Of a stretch of DNA of 64,000 nt, positions 30,364 to 41,603 are shown one piece after another. This stretch comes from Synechococcales cyanobacterium VAR_4_metabat_354 (lineage in GTDB: Bacteria > Cyanobacteriota > Cyanobacteriia > Cyanobacteriales > Chamaesiphonaceae), in assembly GCA_031414775.1 (NCBI GenBank), contig JANOQI010000041.1, positions 138,727-202,726 of the forward strand, read 5' to 3'. The notes under the pieces were generated by a model that was not told the origin of the DNA, did no database searches, and worked only from the letters and a program-made list of their open reading frames with translations. Positions within the stretch are counted from its first letter, which is position 1, and the number at the start of each line of letters is the position of its first letter. Both the position numbers and the translations under genes were made by a program.

Positions 30364-33300
30364 ATGACTATTTCAGCTCAAGAACAACAAGTCCGCCTCC
30401 AGTTTTTGGAAGAAGCCCAAGACTATGTTGACCAGATTGAAACTGGTCTACTGGGCGTGGGTAATGGTGAAGTCAAAGGTAAGCAATTTGACGCGGTGCT
30501 ACGCGCCGCCCACTCGATCAAGGGAGGCGCAGCGATGATGAGCTTTTCGACCCTGGCCAAAATTGGCCACCGGCTAGAAGATTCGATCAAAGTTCTGCGG
30601 CATGGCCACAAAACTGAAGTCGTCAATGGTCAACTAGAAAAAGATTTGTTGCTGATTATCGATCGACTGCGGCGCGTGATGGACTATAACCGTCAAGGAC
30701 AGACCGTTCCCGCCGACTGGTTAACCACCGAAGTAGATCCCATTCTCGATCGCTTGTATGAGCAGCTGGGCGAACCCCAAGCTGCCGATGAAGCGGCATT
30801 TCTGGCCGAAGACGATGGTGACGAAGACGATATTGTGGTCTATTTGTTTGAGAGCGAAGTAGAAAATGCCCTCCAACACTTAGAAGAGATTTTAAGTGAT
30901 CCAGTACAGCCGCAGTTACAATCGGAATTAGAAATTACCACCGAAACCCTGAATGGTTTAGCCGAAATGCTGGAGCTGCCCGCCATGGCAGCACTATGTA
31001 ACGATATTGCTCAAAAGCTCAGCCAGTACCCCGATCAATTTGTAACTATTGCCGAACTGGCCGTCGCGGCCTGGCGGCGATCGCAATCATTGGTAATGAT
31101 TGGCCATCGGGATAATTTACCTACATCGATCGATCTTTTCCCTGTTGGTGAATCAATCACCATTGTTGCCCCTATCCGCGCCGCCGAATTATCTCTCGAT
31201 TGTCAGCCAGAACAGCCAGCAGCTGATCCTGTTGATTACCAGCTATTTGATAATCTAGAAATATTCAATATCCAGCCTGAGCTAGAAACGATAGTAGCTG
31301 ATCTGGATAGTCCAGCGGCATTGACCAACTTTGATCAGTTAGTTGCACCACTAGTCAGCTTCGACTTTAGTATGGCTAATCGCCTATCGGTGGTGGAAAA
31401 CCTATTCACGACTGATGAATTATTAGATAATAGCGACAGTAATTTCTTAGCGGATTTCTCAATCGACGATTTAGTTATATCTAGTGAGTTAAGCGATAGT
31501 GGTTCCTTCCCAGCTGCCATTAACCTAGATGAACTAGCGGTTTTTTCTCATTCTGATATGATCGATTCCTCGGAAATGTTGCCCGAGCTGACCGAGCAGC
31601 CCGTTCTGGAATGGGTCAATAATGAAGCCCCGCTTACCCAGGATTTTTTCTCGTTCATAGATACGATCGATCTCCCCGATTCAGCCCAAAACCAGCCCGA
31701 CTTTTTAGCGGCACTCACCTTTGGTGATGACCAGACGCTAGAAAACTTGGCTCATGATAGTGCGGCTGCCAGACCCCATACTTCGGTCACACCGGAAACC
31801 TATAACAATGTGCCTGCTGCCCCCGACCAGATGATTCGGGTGAGTGTGAATCAGTTGGCCATGATTGGGGATTTATTTGGCGAGCTAAATATCAGCCGCA
31901 GTGGTCTCAACCTCCAAATTACCGGTATTCGATCGCTATTGCAAAGTCTCACCGAGAAAGTGAGTCGTTTGGAAACAGCCAGTAGCCAACTGCGCAATGC
32001 CTATGACCAAATTGCTAGTCGGGTACCCACAACTGATGCTGATCAAGAAATCACGATTCAGAATGCACTTACTAATGACTTTGATTTGTTAGAAATGGAT
32101 CGCTATGGCGAATTTCATTCGTTATCACAAGCTGTCATTGAAACTGTCGTCCAAATTCAGGAAAAAGTTACCGATATTGATATTCAGTTGAACGAAACTG
32201 AAACAGTGACGCGGGACATTAGCCGTACCACTCAACAAATGCAGAACAGCTTCACGGGGGTGCGGATGCTACCGTTCAATGAAGTGGTGGGACGCTTCCC
32301 CCGTGCTATTCGTGAAATGGCGATTGAGCATGGTAAACAAGTAGACTTAACTATTAAAGGCGGCGAGATCTTGGTAGAACGCAATGTCATTGAAGTTCTC
32401 AAAGACCCTTTAATGCATTTACTCCGTAACTGTTTTGACCACGGGATTGAAGCACCAGCCGATCGCATAGCAGCGGGCAAATTAGCCACTGGCAAAATTG
32501 AAATTACCGCTTTCTATCGTGGTAACCAGACTGTGATCACCATTCGGGACGATGGCCAGGGTATCAATTTAGCTAAAATCCGCGCGAAAGCGATCAAGAT
32601 GGGCATTGATGAAGAAATGCTCAATGCTACCGGTGAAAAAGAATTACTGGAGTTGATCTTTGAACCGGGCTTTAGTACCGCTGAAAAAGTCACAGATCTC
32701 TCTGGTCGGGGGGTGGGGATGGATGTCGTGCGCACCAATCTCCAAGTGGCTAAGGGTGAGATTCAAATTGAGACGAAAGCCGGTCAGGGTAGTACCTTCA
32801 CTATTACCGTACCTTTCACCCTCTCGGTGATTAAGGTGCTCGTTGTCGATGTCAATAAAATGCTCTTTGCTTTGCCGGTGAATGCTGTTGAAGAAACCCT
32901 CTTACCGCACCCTGAACAAATTGTGATTCGGGACGGACAAGCTTTCTTAGACTGGGAAGAATTTCAGGTGCAGCTGATTGATATGGCTGCACATTTTAAA
33001 GCCCCCGAATTTCTGCCGCCACTAGACTTCAATACTACTCCCAAAATTGATCAACCAGCAGTATTTTTAACTGCCGATGGCGACCAACTCTATGGCTTGC
33101 AGGTCGATCGGTTTTGGAATGAGCAAGAGGTGACTGTCCGGCAGCCCCAAGGTATGATTCCTTTGCCCTCAGGTCTTTCTGGCTCCGCTATTTTAGGCGA
33201 TGGACGAGTAGTTCCCCTAGTCGATCCGTTGGCTTTAGCCCGGTGGGTTACTGGCCACCGGGCTAATATCCAGACGTTGGATCAAGATGATGACTTTGCT

Positions 33301-33684
33301 GAATCAACTTTAGAGCGTGAACAACTGGTGTTAGTCGTCGATGACTCTATTAACGTCCGCCGCTTCGTGGCTTTGACCCTAGAACGGCACGGCTACCGAG
33401 TAGAACAGGCCAAAGATGGTCAAGAGGCGATCGAAAAAATCCAGGCTGGAATCATACCCAACTTGGTAATTTGCGACTTAGAAATGCCGAGAATGGATGG
33501 CTATGGCTTTCTGGCCAATGTTAAGTCTCTAGAGAATGCTAAGCATGTGCCAGTTGTGATGCTGACCTCGCGTAGTGGCCAAAAGCACCAGAAGATTGCG
33601 ATGAATCTGGGGGCAGCGGCCTACTATGCCAAGCCTTTTAATGAAGCTGATATGCTAAGTACTATTAGTGAATTGATTATCTAG
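30364..33684 (+). CDS. CheA-like hybrid histidine kinase (Hpt-HATPase-CheW-receiver; PixL-like)
   Basis: AAHSIKGGA, HLLRNCFDHGIE, DDGQG, GFSTA..SGRGVGMDVV, C-terminal receiver. Confidence 0.93.
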   Translation: MTISAQEQQVRLQFLEEAQDYVDQIETGLLGVGNGEVKGKQFDAVLRAAHSIKGGAAMMSFSTLAKIGHRLEDSIKVLRHGHKTEVVNGQLEKDLLLIIDRLRRVMDYNRQGQTVPADWLTTEVDPILDRLYEQLGEPQAADEAAFLAEDDGDEDDIVVYLFESEVENALQHLEEILSDPVQPQLQSELEITTETLNGLAEMLELPAMAALCNDIAQKLSQYPDQFVTIAELAVAAWRRSQSLVMIGHRDNLPTSIDLFPVGESITIVAPIRAAELSLDCQPEQPAADPVDYQLFDNLEIFNIQPELETIVADLDSPAALTNFDQLVAPLVSFDFSMANRLSVVENLFTTDELLDNSDSNFLADFSIDDLVISSELSDSGSFPAAINLDELAVFSHSDMIDSSEMLPELTEQPVLEWVNNEAPLTQDFFSFIDTIDLPDSAQNQPDFLAALTFGDDQTLENLAHDSAAARPHTSVTPETYNNVPAAPDQMIRVSVNQLAMIGDLFGELNISRSGLNLQITGIRSLLQSLTEKVSRLETASSQLRNAYDQIASRVPTTDADQEITIQNALTNDFDLLEMDRYGEFHSLSQAVIETVVQIQEKVTDIDIQLNETETVTRDISRTTQQMQNSFTGVRMLPFNEVVGRFPRAIREMAIEHGKQVDLTIKGGEILVERNVIEVLKDPLMHLLRNCFDHGIEAPADRIAAGKLATGKIEITAFYRGNQTVITIRDDGQGINLAKIRAKAIKMGIDEEMLNATGEKELLELIFEPGFSTAEKVTDLSGRGVGMDVVRTNLQVAKGEIQIETKAGQGSTFTITVPFTLSVIKVLVVDVNKMLFALPVNAVEETLLPHPEQIVIRDGQAFLDWEEFQVQLIDMAAHFKAPEFLPPLDFNTTPKIDQPAVFLTADGDQLYGLQVDRFWNEQEVTVRQPQGMIPLPSGLSGSAILGDGRVVPLVDPLALARWVTGHRANIQTLDQDDDFAESTLEREQLVLVVDDSINVRRFVALTLERHGYRVEQAKDGQEAIEKIQAGIIPNLVICDLEMPRMDGYGFLANVKSLENAKHVPVVMLTSRSGQKHQKIAMNLGAAAYYAKPFNEADMLSTISELII

Positions 33685-33692
33685 GATGTTAT

Positions 33693-34979
33693 CTAGAGAG
33701 TTTGTCGATCAATCGGGGTGCTGGCACAGCTATCGGGCACTGGGATTGCTACTGGCTCCATTTTCTCACTGCCTGGTGTTGCATGGCCTTCCCAATAGCT
33801 GAGAAAGATCGCGGTAGAACTATTGCCCACCACATTTAGCACTGTTTTGAAACCATCAGTCAATCGATCGATCCCGGCCACCAGGGCAATCCCCTCGACT
33901 GGTAACCCCGCTGCTGTTAGGACTGTCGCCATGGTAATGAGCGCTGAACCAGGAATTCCGGGCGTACTGAAAGACACCAACAAACTACTAATGCCGATCG
34001 ATAATAGTAGGTAGGGAGTGATGGGTACATGATAAACCTGAGCAATAAATAGGGCATTAAAGCTCTGTAAAACAGCCGAGCCATCACGCTTAATAGCAGT
34101 GCCTAGCGGAATTGCAAAGCTATTAATTTCCTCACGCAAGCCATAGTCTTCCTGGAGATTTTTCAAAAGGACTGGCAACACTGCGTTAGAACTAGCAGTC
34201 CCGAAAGCGAGAGAAAGACTGGGCAAGATATTTTTTAAAAGCTGCAATGGCTGTGCTCGAAAGCAAAAGAGCACCAGAAGATAAAACCCAATCATGAGCA
34301 TGGAAGAAATCAGTAAACCCAAGACATAAAACAATAGCCTGGAAATTAATTCTAAACCTTGGCTAGCAATCACTGAGCTAATCAAGGCAAATACGCCAAC
34401 TGGCGCTGTATACAAAATTACAGCTAAGATTTGCTCGCCAATCTCATAAATACTCTCAATGAGAGCCACAAAAGGCCGAGACTTGACCGGAGTCAGCTGA
34501 ATTCCAATACTGAATAAGGCTGCGGATAAAATAATTTGAATCAAATTGCCGCTACTAAGAGCAGCCATGGGATTCACTGGAATTAATGTTACTAACCAAT
34601 GTAACAAGTCGGGAGTAGCATCGCTACTCACTGCCGCTGGCATGACAAAACCCTCTACCCCAGCACCAGGTTGTAGCAGCAAAGCCATCCCCATGCCAAA
34701 ACCAAGCGCCACCAAACCTGTTACTACATAAATAGTCAGGAGCTTAAGGACATAGCGCCCCGCCTTATCAGCGCTCTGCATCCCAGTTAAACCCAAAACT
34801 AACGAAGAAAAGACGATCGGTACTACTGCAAATTGAATTAAGCGCAGGAAGGCATCTCCGATCGGACCCAGTAAATATTGATCCAGTGGTCCTACCGCTC
34901 CTGGAAATAGAGTGGCGAGGATGGTGCCAAAGACACTCCCCAAGCCCAAGGACACTAGGATTGCAGTAGAGAGATTCAT
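33693..34979 (-). CDS. Dicarboxylate/amino acid:cation symporter (DAACS)
   Basis: AFGTASSNAVLP, IPLG, GIDRLTD. Confidence 0.9.
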   Translation of the reverse strand: MNLSTAILVSLGLGSVFGTILATLFPGAVGPLDQYLLGPIGDAFLRLIQFAVVPIVFSSLVLGLTGMQSADKAGRYVLKLLTIYVVTGLVALGFGMGMALLLQPGAGVEGFVMPAAVSSDATPDLLHWLVTLIPVNPMAALSSGNLIQIILSAALFSIGIQLTPVKSRPFVALIESIYEIGEQILAVILYTAPVGVFALISSVIASQGLELISRLLFYVLGLLISSMLMIGFYLLVLFCFRAQPLQLLKNILPSLSLAFGTASSNAVLPVLLKNLQEDYGLREEINSFAIPLGTAIKRDGSAVLQSFNALFIAQVYHVPITPYLLLSIGISSLLVSFSTPGIPGSALITMATVLTAAGLPVEGIALVAGIDRLTDGFKTVLNVVGNSSTAIFLSYWEGHATPGSEKMEPVAIPVPDSCASTPIDRQTL

Positions 34980-35037
34980 AAATTTAGAATAAATAATTTT
35001 TCAAAAGCTAACCAGCGACTACTGGACGCATGACATC

Positions 35038-35073
35038 AAAAAAGCCCTTATCGATAATTGTCAGGGCTTTTTT
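35038..35073. terminator. Intrinsic terminator with A/T tracts on both sides, downstream of gpx
   Basis: AAAAAAGCCCT-N14-AGGGCTTTTTT. Confidence 0.7.
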
Positions 35074-35082
35074 ATTTCAGTC

Positions 35083-35565
35083 TTACAGCAATGCTTGAAT
35101 ATCTTTGGCAATATCTTCGGGCTTATCGGTAGGCGCGTAGCGTTTTACTACTTCGCCCTGCTGATTAACCAAAAACTTGGTGAAGTTCCATTTGATATTT
35201 TTGGAACCCAACAATCCTGGCTTGGCCGCTGTCAAGTACTGATAAAGCGGATGGGCGTTAGCACCATTGACTTCAATTTTTTGCGAGAGGGGAAAACTCA
35301 CTCCATAGCGAGTTTGACAAAAAGATTGAATTTCCGCCGCACTGCCTGGCTCCTGGTTACCAAACTGATCGCAAGGAAAACCAAAAACAACTAAGCCTCG
35401 CTCAGCATACTTGTTGTGTAATTCTTGTAAACCTTCGTACTGAGGAGTCATGCCACACTGACTAGCGGTGTTGACGATTAGCATCACCTTGTTTTTAAAG
35501 TCGCTAAAGTTGACTGATTGACCCTCAATACTGGTAGTAGAAAAGTCGTAGATACTGGCTGTCAT
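35083..35565 (-). CDS. gpx: Glutathione peroxidase family protein (Cys-type)
   Basis: NTASQCGMTPQY, FPCDQFG, WNFTKFL. Confidence 0.93.
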   Translation of the reverse strand: MTASIYDFSTTSIEGQSVNFSDFKNKVMLIVNTASQCGMTPQYEGLQELHNKYAERGLVVFGFPCDQFGNQEPGSAAEIQSFCQTRYGVSFPLSQKIEVNGANAHPLYQYLTAAKPGLLGSKNIKWNFTKFLVNQQGEVVKRYAPTDKPEDIAKDIQALL

Positions 35566-35627
35566 CTTAGAATACTCTATGTAAAGATTTGTTCCTCATT
35601 ATAGAGAAACATGATCCCCACTGGTAG

Positions 35628-37442
35628 CTAAGAATCCTTATCTAGTTTCAGCACTGCCATAAATGCTTCTTGGGGGACGTCCACAGTGCCTACCGATTTC
35701 ATCCGTTTTTTGCCCTTGGCTTGTTTTTGGAGCAATTTCTTTTTCCGAGAAATGTCACCGCCGTAGCACTTGGCCAGTACATCTTTGCGCAGCGCCGGAA
35801 TGTGCTCACTGGCAATTACTTTGCTGCCGATTGTGGCCTGAATGGGTACTTTAAATTGGTGGCGGGGAATCAGCTCTTTTAATTTTTCGGTCATGCCCCG
35901 CCCCACGTTGTAGGCTTTATCGCGATGTACAATCATGGCCAGGGCATCCACTGGGTCGCCGTTGATCATGATGTCCAGTTTTACTAAATGATTCTCACGG
36001 TAGCCAATTAGCTGGTATTCCATACTGGCATAGCCTTTTGTCCGCGACTTCATCTGATCGAAAAAGTCGGTGACTACTTCGGCTAGTGGCAACTCATAAA
36101 TAATGGTGGTGCGGCCTTTAGTCAGATATTTCATATCCTTAAAAACGCCCCGCCGATTCTGACACAGCTCCATCAGCGTCCCCACATATTCTTCGGGGGT
36201 AATCATTTCCATCTTGACGTATGGTTCCTCGATCATCTGGCGATGGTTGGGGTCGGGCAGTTTACTCGGGTTGTCGATGTGTTCTACTTCACCTTGATTA
36301 TTTGTGACCCGATAGACTACCGAAGGAGCGGTGGTAATGAGGTCTAGGTTATATTCTCGCTCTAATCGCTCTTGAACAATTTCCATATGCAGCAAGCCCA
36401 GGAAACCACACCGAAAGCCAAAGCCCATGGCGCTAGATGTTTCTGGCTCATAGTTTAGTGCCGCATCGTTTAGCCGCAGCTTGTCTAGTGCTTCGCGCAA
36501 GTCTGGGTATTGATCGGCATCCACCGGAAATAGACCACAAAAAACCATCGGCTTGGCTTCGGCATAGCCATCTAAAGCCTGGGTTGCTGGTCGGTTAACC
36601 ATGGTGATGGTGTCACCAACGCGGGCATCGCCGACGGCTCTGATCGAAGCGGCAAAATAACCCACCTCTCCGGCATGTAATTCATCGACCTGAATCTGAG
36701 TCGGAGCCAAAATACCGAGTTCATCAATCTGATATTCCTTGCCACTGGCCATCAGCAGTATTTTGTCTCCTTTGCTGATGCTGCCATCCACGACTCGGAA
36801 GTAGACTACTACTCCCCGATAAGTGTCGTAATAACTATCAAAAATTAAGGCTCGTAACGGCTCACTAACGGTATCGATCGGAGGCGGAATCAACTGGACG
36901 ATCGATTCCAAAATGTCCTGAATACCAATACCTTCTTTCGCTGAAGCTAAGATCGCTCCACTACAGTCTAGGCCAATGATTTCCTCGACTTCTGCCCGGA
37001 CTCGCTCCGGCTCGGCTCCGGGCAAATCAATTTTGTTTAAGATGGGGATGATTTCTAGGTTGTTTTCCAACGCCAAGTAGACATTGGCCAAGGTCTGAGC
37101 TTCTACCCCTTGGGAAGCATCCACAATCAACAACGCCCCTTCGCAAGCGATCAAGCTCCGCGACACTTCATAAGAAAAATCGACATGCCCAGGAGTATCG
37201 ATTAAGTTCAATACATACTCTTCGCCGTTCTTGGCAGTGTAATTCATCCGGGCAGCTTGGAGCTTAATGGTAATCCCCCGCTCTCGTTCCAGATCCATAT
37301 TATCGAGAAACTGTTGCTTCATATCCCGATTACTGACCGTACCGGTTTCTTGCAGCAATCGATCGGCCAGCGTAGATTTCCCGTGATCGATATGGGCAAT
37401 AATCGAAAAATTCCGAATCTGACTGACAGGAGTTTTGGTCAT
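35628..37442 (-). CDS. lepA: Elongation factor 4
   Basis: [37 protein letters not shown]; start placed at ATG 37442. Confidence 0.97.
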   Translation of the reverse strand: MTKTPVSQIRNFSIIAHIDHGKSTLADRLLQETGTVSNRDMKQQFLDNMDLERERGITIKLQAARMNYTAKNGEEYVLNLIDTPGHVDFSYEVSRSLIACEGALLIVDASQGVEAQTLANVYLALENNLEIIPILNKIDLPGAEPERVRAEVEEIIGLDCSGAILASAKEGIGIQDILESIVQLIPPPIDTVSEPLRALIFDSYYDTYRGVVVYFRVVDGSISKGDKILLMASGKEYQIDELGILAPTQIQVDELHAGEVGYFAASIRAVGDARVGDTITMVNRPATQALDGYAEAKPMVFCGLFPVDADQYPDLREALDKLRLNDAALNYEPETSSAMGFGFRCGFLGLLHMEIVQERLEREYNLDLITTAPSVVYRVTNNQGEVEHIDNPSKLPDPNHRQMIEEPYVKMEMITPEEYVGTLMELCQNRRGVFKDMKYLTKGRTTIIYELPLAEVVTDFFDQMKSRTKGYASMEYQLIGYRENHLVKLDIMINGDPVDALAMIVHRDKAYNVGRGMTEKLKELIPRHQFKVPIQATIGSKVIASEHIPALRKDVLAKCYGGDISRKKKLLQKQAKGKKRMKSVGTVDVPQEAFMAVLKLDKDS

Positions 37443-37504
37443 GGGCTGGCGCTGAAATTTTGGTCTCACCCTAATTGTAGCGGCTTAGTCTGAATTCGAG
37501 AATG

Positions 37505-37534
37505 AAAAAGCCCTGGTTTGCTGCAACCAGGGCT
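37505..37534 (-). terminator. Intrinsic terminator of the DUF4149-like gene
   Basis: Minus strand AGCCCTGGTT-gcagca-AACCAGGGCT-TTTT. Confidence 0.75.
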
Positions 37535-37571
37535 GGTAGATATTTTAATTTATTGGTAACAGCAAGATGTT

Positions 37572-38138
37572 TTAATTGAATTTGGCGGATACCAATTGGC
37601 GGTAGACCAATCCTAGAACAGTGCCCATTAGGGTGATTTTCAATGCTTCTAAGCCCCAATAAATCACATGTATTTGATTCATGCCAGCTGGTACCTGGGA
37701 AATAGTGCTATACATCTGGAGGTCTTCCAGACCGCCATTAACCAAGGAAGCACTGTCTAAGACATTCAAATCGACACTAAGCCCACTCATGTGGGGAGTG
37801 AGGACAAACGTGTAACAAAGAGCGATCACAAGCAAGACAGTACTAGAAATGCCTACTTCCAGCTTTTGTTTTTGATCAAGTATGGTGGATTGCCACAGCC
37901 ACAGACCCAAGCACAGAGTGGCGGCTCCGCAAATTAGTTCGATCCGATTAAAAACTGAAAACAAGGTATAGCCAACTATTCCAAAACCAGAGCTGGTCAT
38001 CATGCCACTCATATACATGCTGGGCATAATGATAAAGTCTAACAAGAGGCTGGCGCTGAGCCAAAACCCTACTACCGCAGTTGCCACAGCCAGCCAAGTT
38101 TGATGATTATTGCTTTTGGCTATACAAATATTAGCCAT
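37572..38138 (-). CDS. DUF4149/TMEM205-like membrane protein
   Basis: Four hydrophobic segments, FWLSASLLLDFIIMP, FNRIEL; AAGGAG RBS before ATG 38138. Confidence 0.7.
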   Translation of the reverse strand: MANICIAKSNNHQTWLAVATAVVGFWLSASLLLDFIIMPSMYMSGMMTSSGFGIVGYTLFSVFNRIELICGAATLCLGLWLWQSTILDQKQKLEVGISSTVLLVIALCYTFVLTPHMSGLSVDLNVLDSASLVNGGLEDLQMYSTISQVPAGMNQIHVIYWGLEALKITLMGTVLGLVYRQLVSAKFN

Positions 38139-38364
38139 AGGTGCTACTCCTTGTAGACTGAAAATGTAATCAGTCGATAGTTGATGTTCTATTTCGATAT
38201 TTCTACAATAACCAATTTGTGAGCAACTGAATGCTAACTTTTGAGTCATAGTATGTGAAGCAATATTTACATATCGATGATTTTGCCACAATTTTCTCTG
38301 AGAGTTAATGTTAGCTTTCTTTACTTCCAGCAGCACCGCCGGTATGAAAAATCAGGTATAGAGT

Positions 38365-40230
38365 ATGACCGAAACTAATCCTCCCGTTCTTTCCCTGCGC
38401 GATCGATACACTGCTGCTGTCACCGATTTGGTAGAGCGGATTTTGGGCGGCAAACAAATTATCTCGAAGGAATATATTCACCGGATACTCAGTAAACAAA
38501 TTGTGCCCGGAACTAGTGAAGTATTAGAAGGCTGCTTGCAAGAACAGATTCAAGCTGTCACTGAGCAGATTGCTGCTGCGAGTGAAATTAAACAAGCCAA
38601 GCTCGGTCATCGGGTGAAAGCACTCCAAATGATTGGAACTGTTTTGACTCAATGGCAACAGGAACGCCAATCGAGTGAAGTGGTTACTCAAATTGCCCAA
38701 CAGCTAATAGCTGCTGATCCGGAAGAACGACTGCGGGTACTGTTTCAGGCGATCGATCGGAATCAATCGCAACCACTACAATCGGCACAACTACGCCAAA
38801 TTGCCACCATATTGCAGCAACAAGCTGACTTAGTACTTTCTGAACCAGCCCAAATCAGCCAACTAGCCACCGGTCTGGAGAATGGACTAGCGACCTTAAG
38901 TGTTTTAGAAGAACATTTAGTTAGTTGGATCTATGACCAAGGCCAACAGGTGGGCTTTGGTGGTGAAGAAGAGCATAGTCCGTGGCGGCTCTGGGCTAAA
39001 TACATTAGTAACCCAGCTACTCAAAAACTATTTATTACGATTGGCTATCAAGGATCGGTGGCCGAATTTGCCGCTCAGCAGAGTGCCAGCTATGCTGACG
39101 ATTGGGTACAAATGGCTATTATTCTACAGGGTCTCCAGATTGGACTAGTGGCTTGGTTCGATCGACAGATGTACGATATCAAATGGGGAGAGCGCTCTTC
39201 TTTCAACACCCTGATCACTTTTAGCTTGATTTGGTGTGAGTTAGCTAACGGTGTGGGCACCAGCACTCGGCAGCGGACAGCGCTCAGTCAGGCTTGTTGG
39301 CAAATCACTTGGCAGATTCTACGGATTGCCGCCCAGCGTAATGATTTTCCGCTCTACGGGGGAATTTTCGCCACCTTCTCGGGTGATACTCTGCGCGATG
39401 CTCTCGCCTATTTTGATCAACCCCTCAAACAGGTGGCTGGCACCCAAGAAAAAGGACGTATTTTAACGATGTTGGGTTACTCGCAGCAGGTCTTAGGTCA
39501 GATGGATCGATCGATCTCGTTGCACCAAGAAGCGCTATCGATCGCCAATACCGCTGGAGACAAATCCTGTGAAATCGCCAATCTCAATCACCTGAGCCGT
39601 ATCTATCTCCGGGAACAGGACTACGACACCGCTATTAGCTATAGTCAACGAGCCTTGATTTTAGCTCGGCAAGCTGGCGATAGACGTGGTGAAGCCAATG
39701 CCCTGATTAACTATGGCTACAGTGAGGTTCTCGCCGCTCAAGCCGGTACCGAAACAGAAATAGAAGGATATGAACAGCATATTAGCTATTTACAGCAGGG
39801 GCTGAAACTCGCTGAAAAGCTTGCCGATCAGCAGAGTTTAGCCTTGTGCTATTACAGTCTGGGTATTGCCTATTTGACAATCCAAGATCTAGAAGAGGCA
39901 ATTAGTTATTTGACGCAGGGCATTGAAGCGGCTCAAGCAATTAATGATTTGTACTTACGCGGTTTGGGAATCACTTACTTAGCAGAAGCTTATTATCAAC
40001 AGCCAGATTATCCAGCAACTATGTTCTACGCTGGCGTGGGGATGTACTCTCTGTATCAAATTGGTGCCCAAGAGTGGCGGCAAGCTGCTCGCATTTTAGA
40101 CAGTTTGGAAAAACAGTTAGGAATTGGCGGTGTGATGATCTTGCCCCAGGAAAAGCTGATTGAGCTGCTGGGTACCGAGGGCTATGATTCATTACCAGAG
40201 CTGTTAGCGGAATATCGTCGATCGATCTGA
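38365..40230 (+). CDS. Tetratricopeptide-repeat protein
   Basis: C-terminal TPR units (AISYSQRALILARQAGDRRGEANAL). Confidence 0.8.
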   Translation: MTETNPPVLSLRDRYTAAVTDLVERILGGKQIISKEYIHRILSKQIVPGTSEVLEGCLQEQIQAVTEQIAAASEIKQAKLGHRVKALQMIGTVLTQWQQERQSSEVVTQIAQQLIAADPEERLRVLFQAIDRNQSQPLQSAQLRQIATILQQQADLVLSEPAQISQLATGLENGLATLSVLEEHLVSWIYDQGQQVGFGGEEEHSPWRLWAKYISNPATQKLFITIGYQGSVAEFAAQQSASYADDWVQMAIILQGLQIGLVAWFDRQMYDIKWGERSSFNTLITFSLIWCELANGVGTSTRQRTALSQACWQITWQILRIAAQRNDFPLYGGIFATFSGDTLRDALAYFDQPLKQVAGTQEKGRILTMLGYSQQVLGQMDRSISLHQEALSIANTAGDKSCEIANLNHLSRIYLREQDYDTAISYSQRALILARQAGDRRGEANALINYGYSEVLAAQAGTETEIEGYEQHISYLQQGLKLAEKLADQQSLALCYYSLGIAYLTIQDLEEAISYLTQGIEAAQAINDLYLRGLGITYLAEAYYQQPDYPATMFYAGVGMYSLYQIGAQEWRQAARILDSLEKQLGIGGVMILPQEKLIELLGTEGYDSLPELLAEYRRSI

Positions 40231-40315
40231 ATCTTGGTCGTTGACCTGGCCTCAAAACCTTTTGTTTCATCATTTGTCTAGCTTCCTGTTTTAAAATCGT
40301 TCCTTTGCCTGTAAT

Positions 40316-41599
40316 TTATATCGTGATTGATCTTAGATATTGATAGCAAATTCGGGCAATTTGCCACTCTTCTTGAGTATGGATAGCGAGTAGTCTAACT
40401 AGAGATTGAGGACTAGCCAAATCGCGATCGTTACCAGATGATGCGCCAGCTGTGGGTGGCATCGGCAAGTTATTCACAGCTGGATCTATTTCCACGCCCA
40501 GAAAGGCTAATTTCGAGGCCACGGCGGCACGAATTCCGGCGTGATTTTCTCCCACTCCAGCCGTAAAAATTAATGCATCCACACCACCCAAATTCGGTAA
40601 GAAAGCAGCAATTTTAGCTGCCAGCCGATCGATATAAATATCTAAAGCTAACTTCGCCCTAATATTACCCACCTCAATCGCCTTATCGATTTCCTGTAGA
40701 TCGTTAGATATCCCAGAAACACCCCATAATCCCGACTCAAAATTTAAAATTCTATCGAGTTCTGTTACGGTATATTCCCTTTCTCGTAATAGATGGAGAA
40801 TTATCCCTGGATCGATCGATCCGCAGCGGGTACCCATCATTAAACCATCAAGGGGTGTAAAGCCCATCGTCGTATCGATACACCGCCCAAATTTAATCGC
40901 GGCTAGCGAACAACCATTACCTAAATGACAACTAATTAAGCGTAATTTATCCAGATCTTGCCCTAATAATTGTGCCGCTCGCTGGGTGCAATATTGATGA
41001 CTAATTCCGTGAAAACCATATTTTCTGATTCCTCGTTCTAACCACTGATAGGGTACGGGATAAACATAAGCTGTTTCTGGCAAATCTCCATAAAAAGCCG
41101 TGTCGAATACCGCCATTTGTGGTAAATCAGCGGATAATAATTCAATTGTCTCAATTCCCATTAAATTAGCTGGATTATGAAGCGGTGCAAATATCGATAA
41201 TCGATCGATCTCGGTTTTCACATCAGCATTGATTAACGTCGGTTGACGGTATTTATCTCCCCCATGTACTATCCGATGCCCGACTATATCGATTTCTTTA
41301 ATCCTATTAATAACTTGAGTTTCTCCACTCCATAGACAATTTAATAGATATCCAATATCCGCCGCGCGACTCGTTTCAGATCGCTCCTCTCTTATTGCTG
41401 CTGTTTTTAATGGCAGGCTTTTGCCAGTAGGTATGGAATCATCTAACTTCTGTGCTCTTAACACTGTTGTCTCAGTATTCCAATCGATTTGCCCCATCCA
41501 TAATGGCACTACTAAATCTATCGGTAACAATTCCCTAGTTACTCGATACAATCTCGATTTAAAACTACTTGAGCCAGCATTAAAGATTAAGATATTCAT
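40316..41599 (-). CDS. ackA: Acetate kinase
   Basis: NAGSSS, GHRIVHGG, APLHN, GFHGISH, HLGNG, FTAGVGEN. Confidence 0.95.
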   Translation of the reverse strand: MNILIFNAGSSSFKSRLYRVTRELLPIDLVVPLWMGQIDWNTETTVLRAQKLDDSIPTGKSLPLKTAAIREERSETSRAADIGYLLNCLWSGETQVINRIKEIDIVGHRIVHGGDKYRQPTLINADVKTEIDRLSIFAPLHNPANLMGIETIELLSADLPQMAVFDTAFYGDLPETAYVYPVPYQWLERGIRKYGFHGISHQYCTQRAAQLLGQDLDKLRLISCHLGNGCSLAAIKFGRCIDTTMGFTPLDGLMMGTRCGSIDPGIILHLLREREYTVTELDRILNFESGLWGVSGISNDLQEIDKAIEVGNIRAKLALDIYIDRLAAKIAAFLPNLGGVDALIFTAGVGENHAGIRAAVASKLAFLGVEIDPAVNNLPMPPTAGASSGNDRDLASPQSLVRLLAIHTQEEWQIARICYQYLRSITI

Positions 41600-41603
41600 T
41601 GAT

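Noticed and set aside
31140..31800. Acidic low-complexity stretch in CheA as an inserted element
   Set aside because: Frame is intact, and long variable acidic linkers are usual in cyanobacterial CheA proteins
38139..38336. 66-aa N-terminal extension of the DUF4149-like ORF
   Set aside because: A good RBS precedes ATG 38138; the extension covers the divergent promoter region
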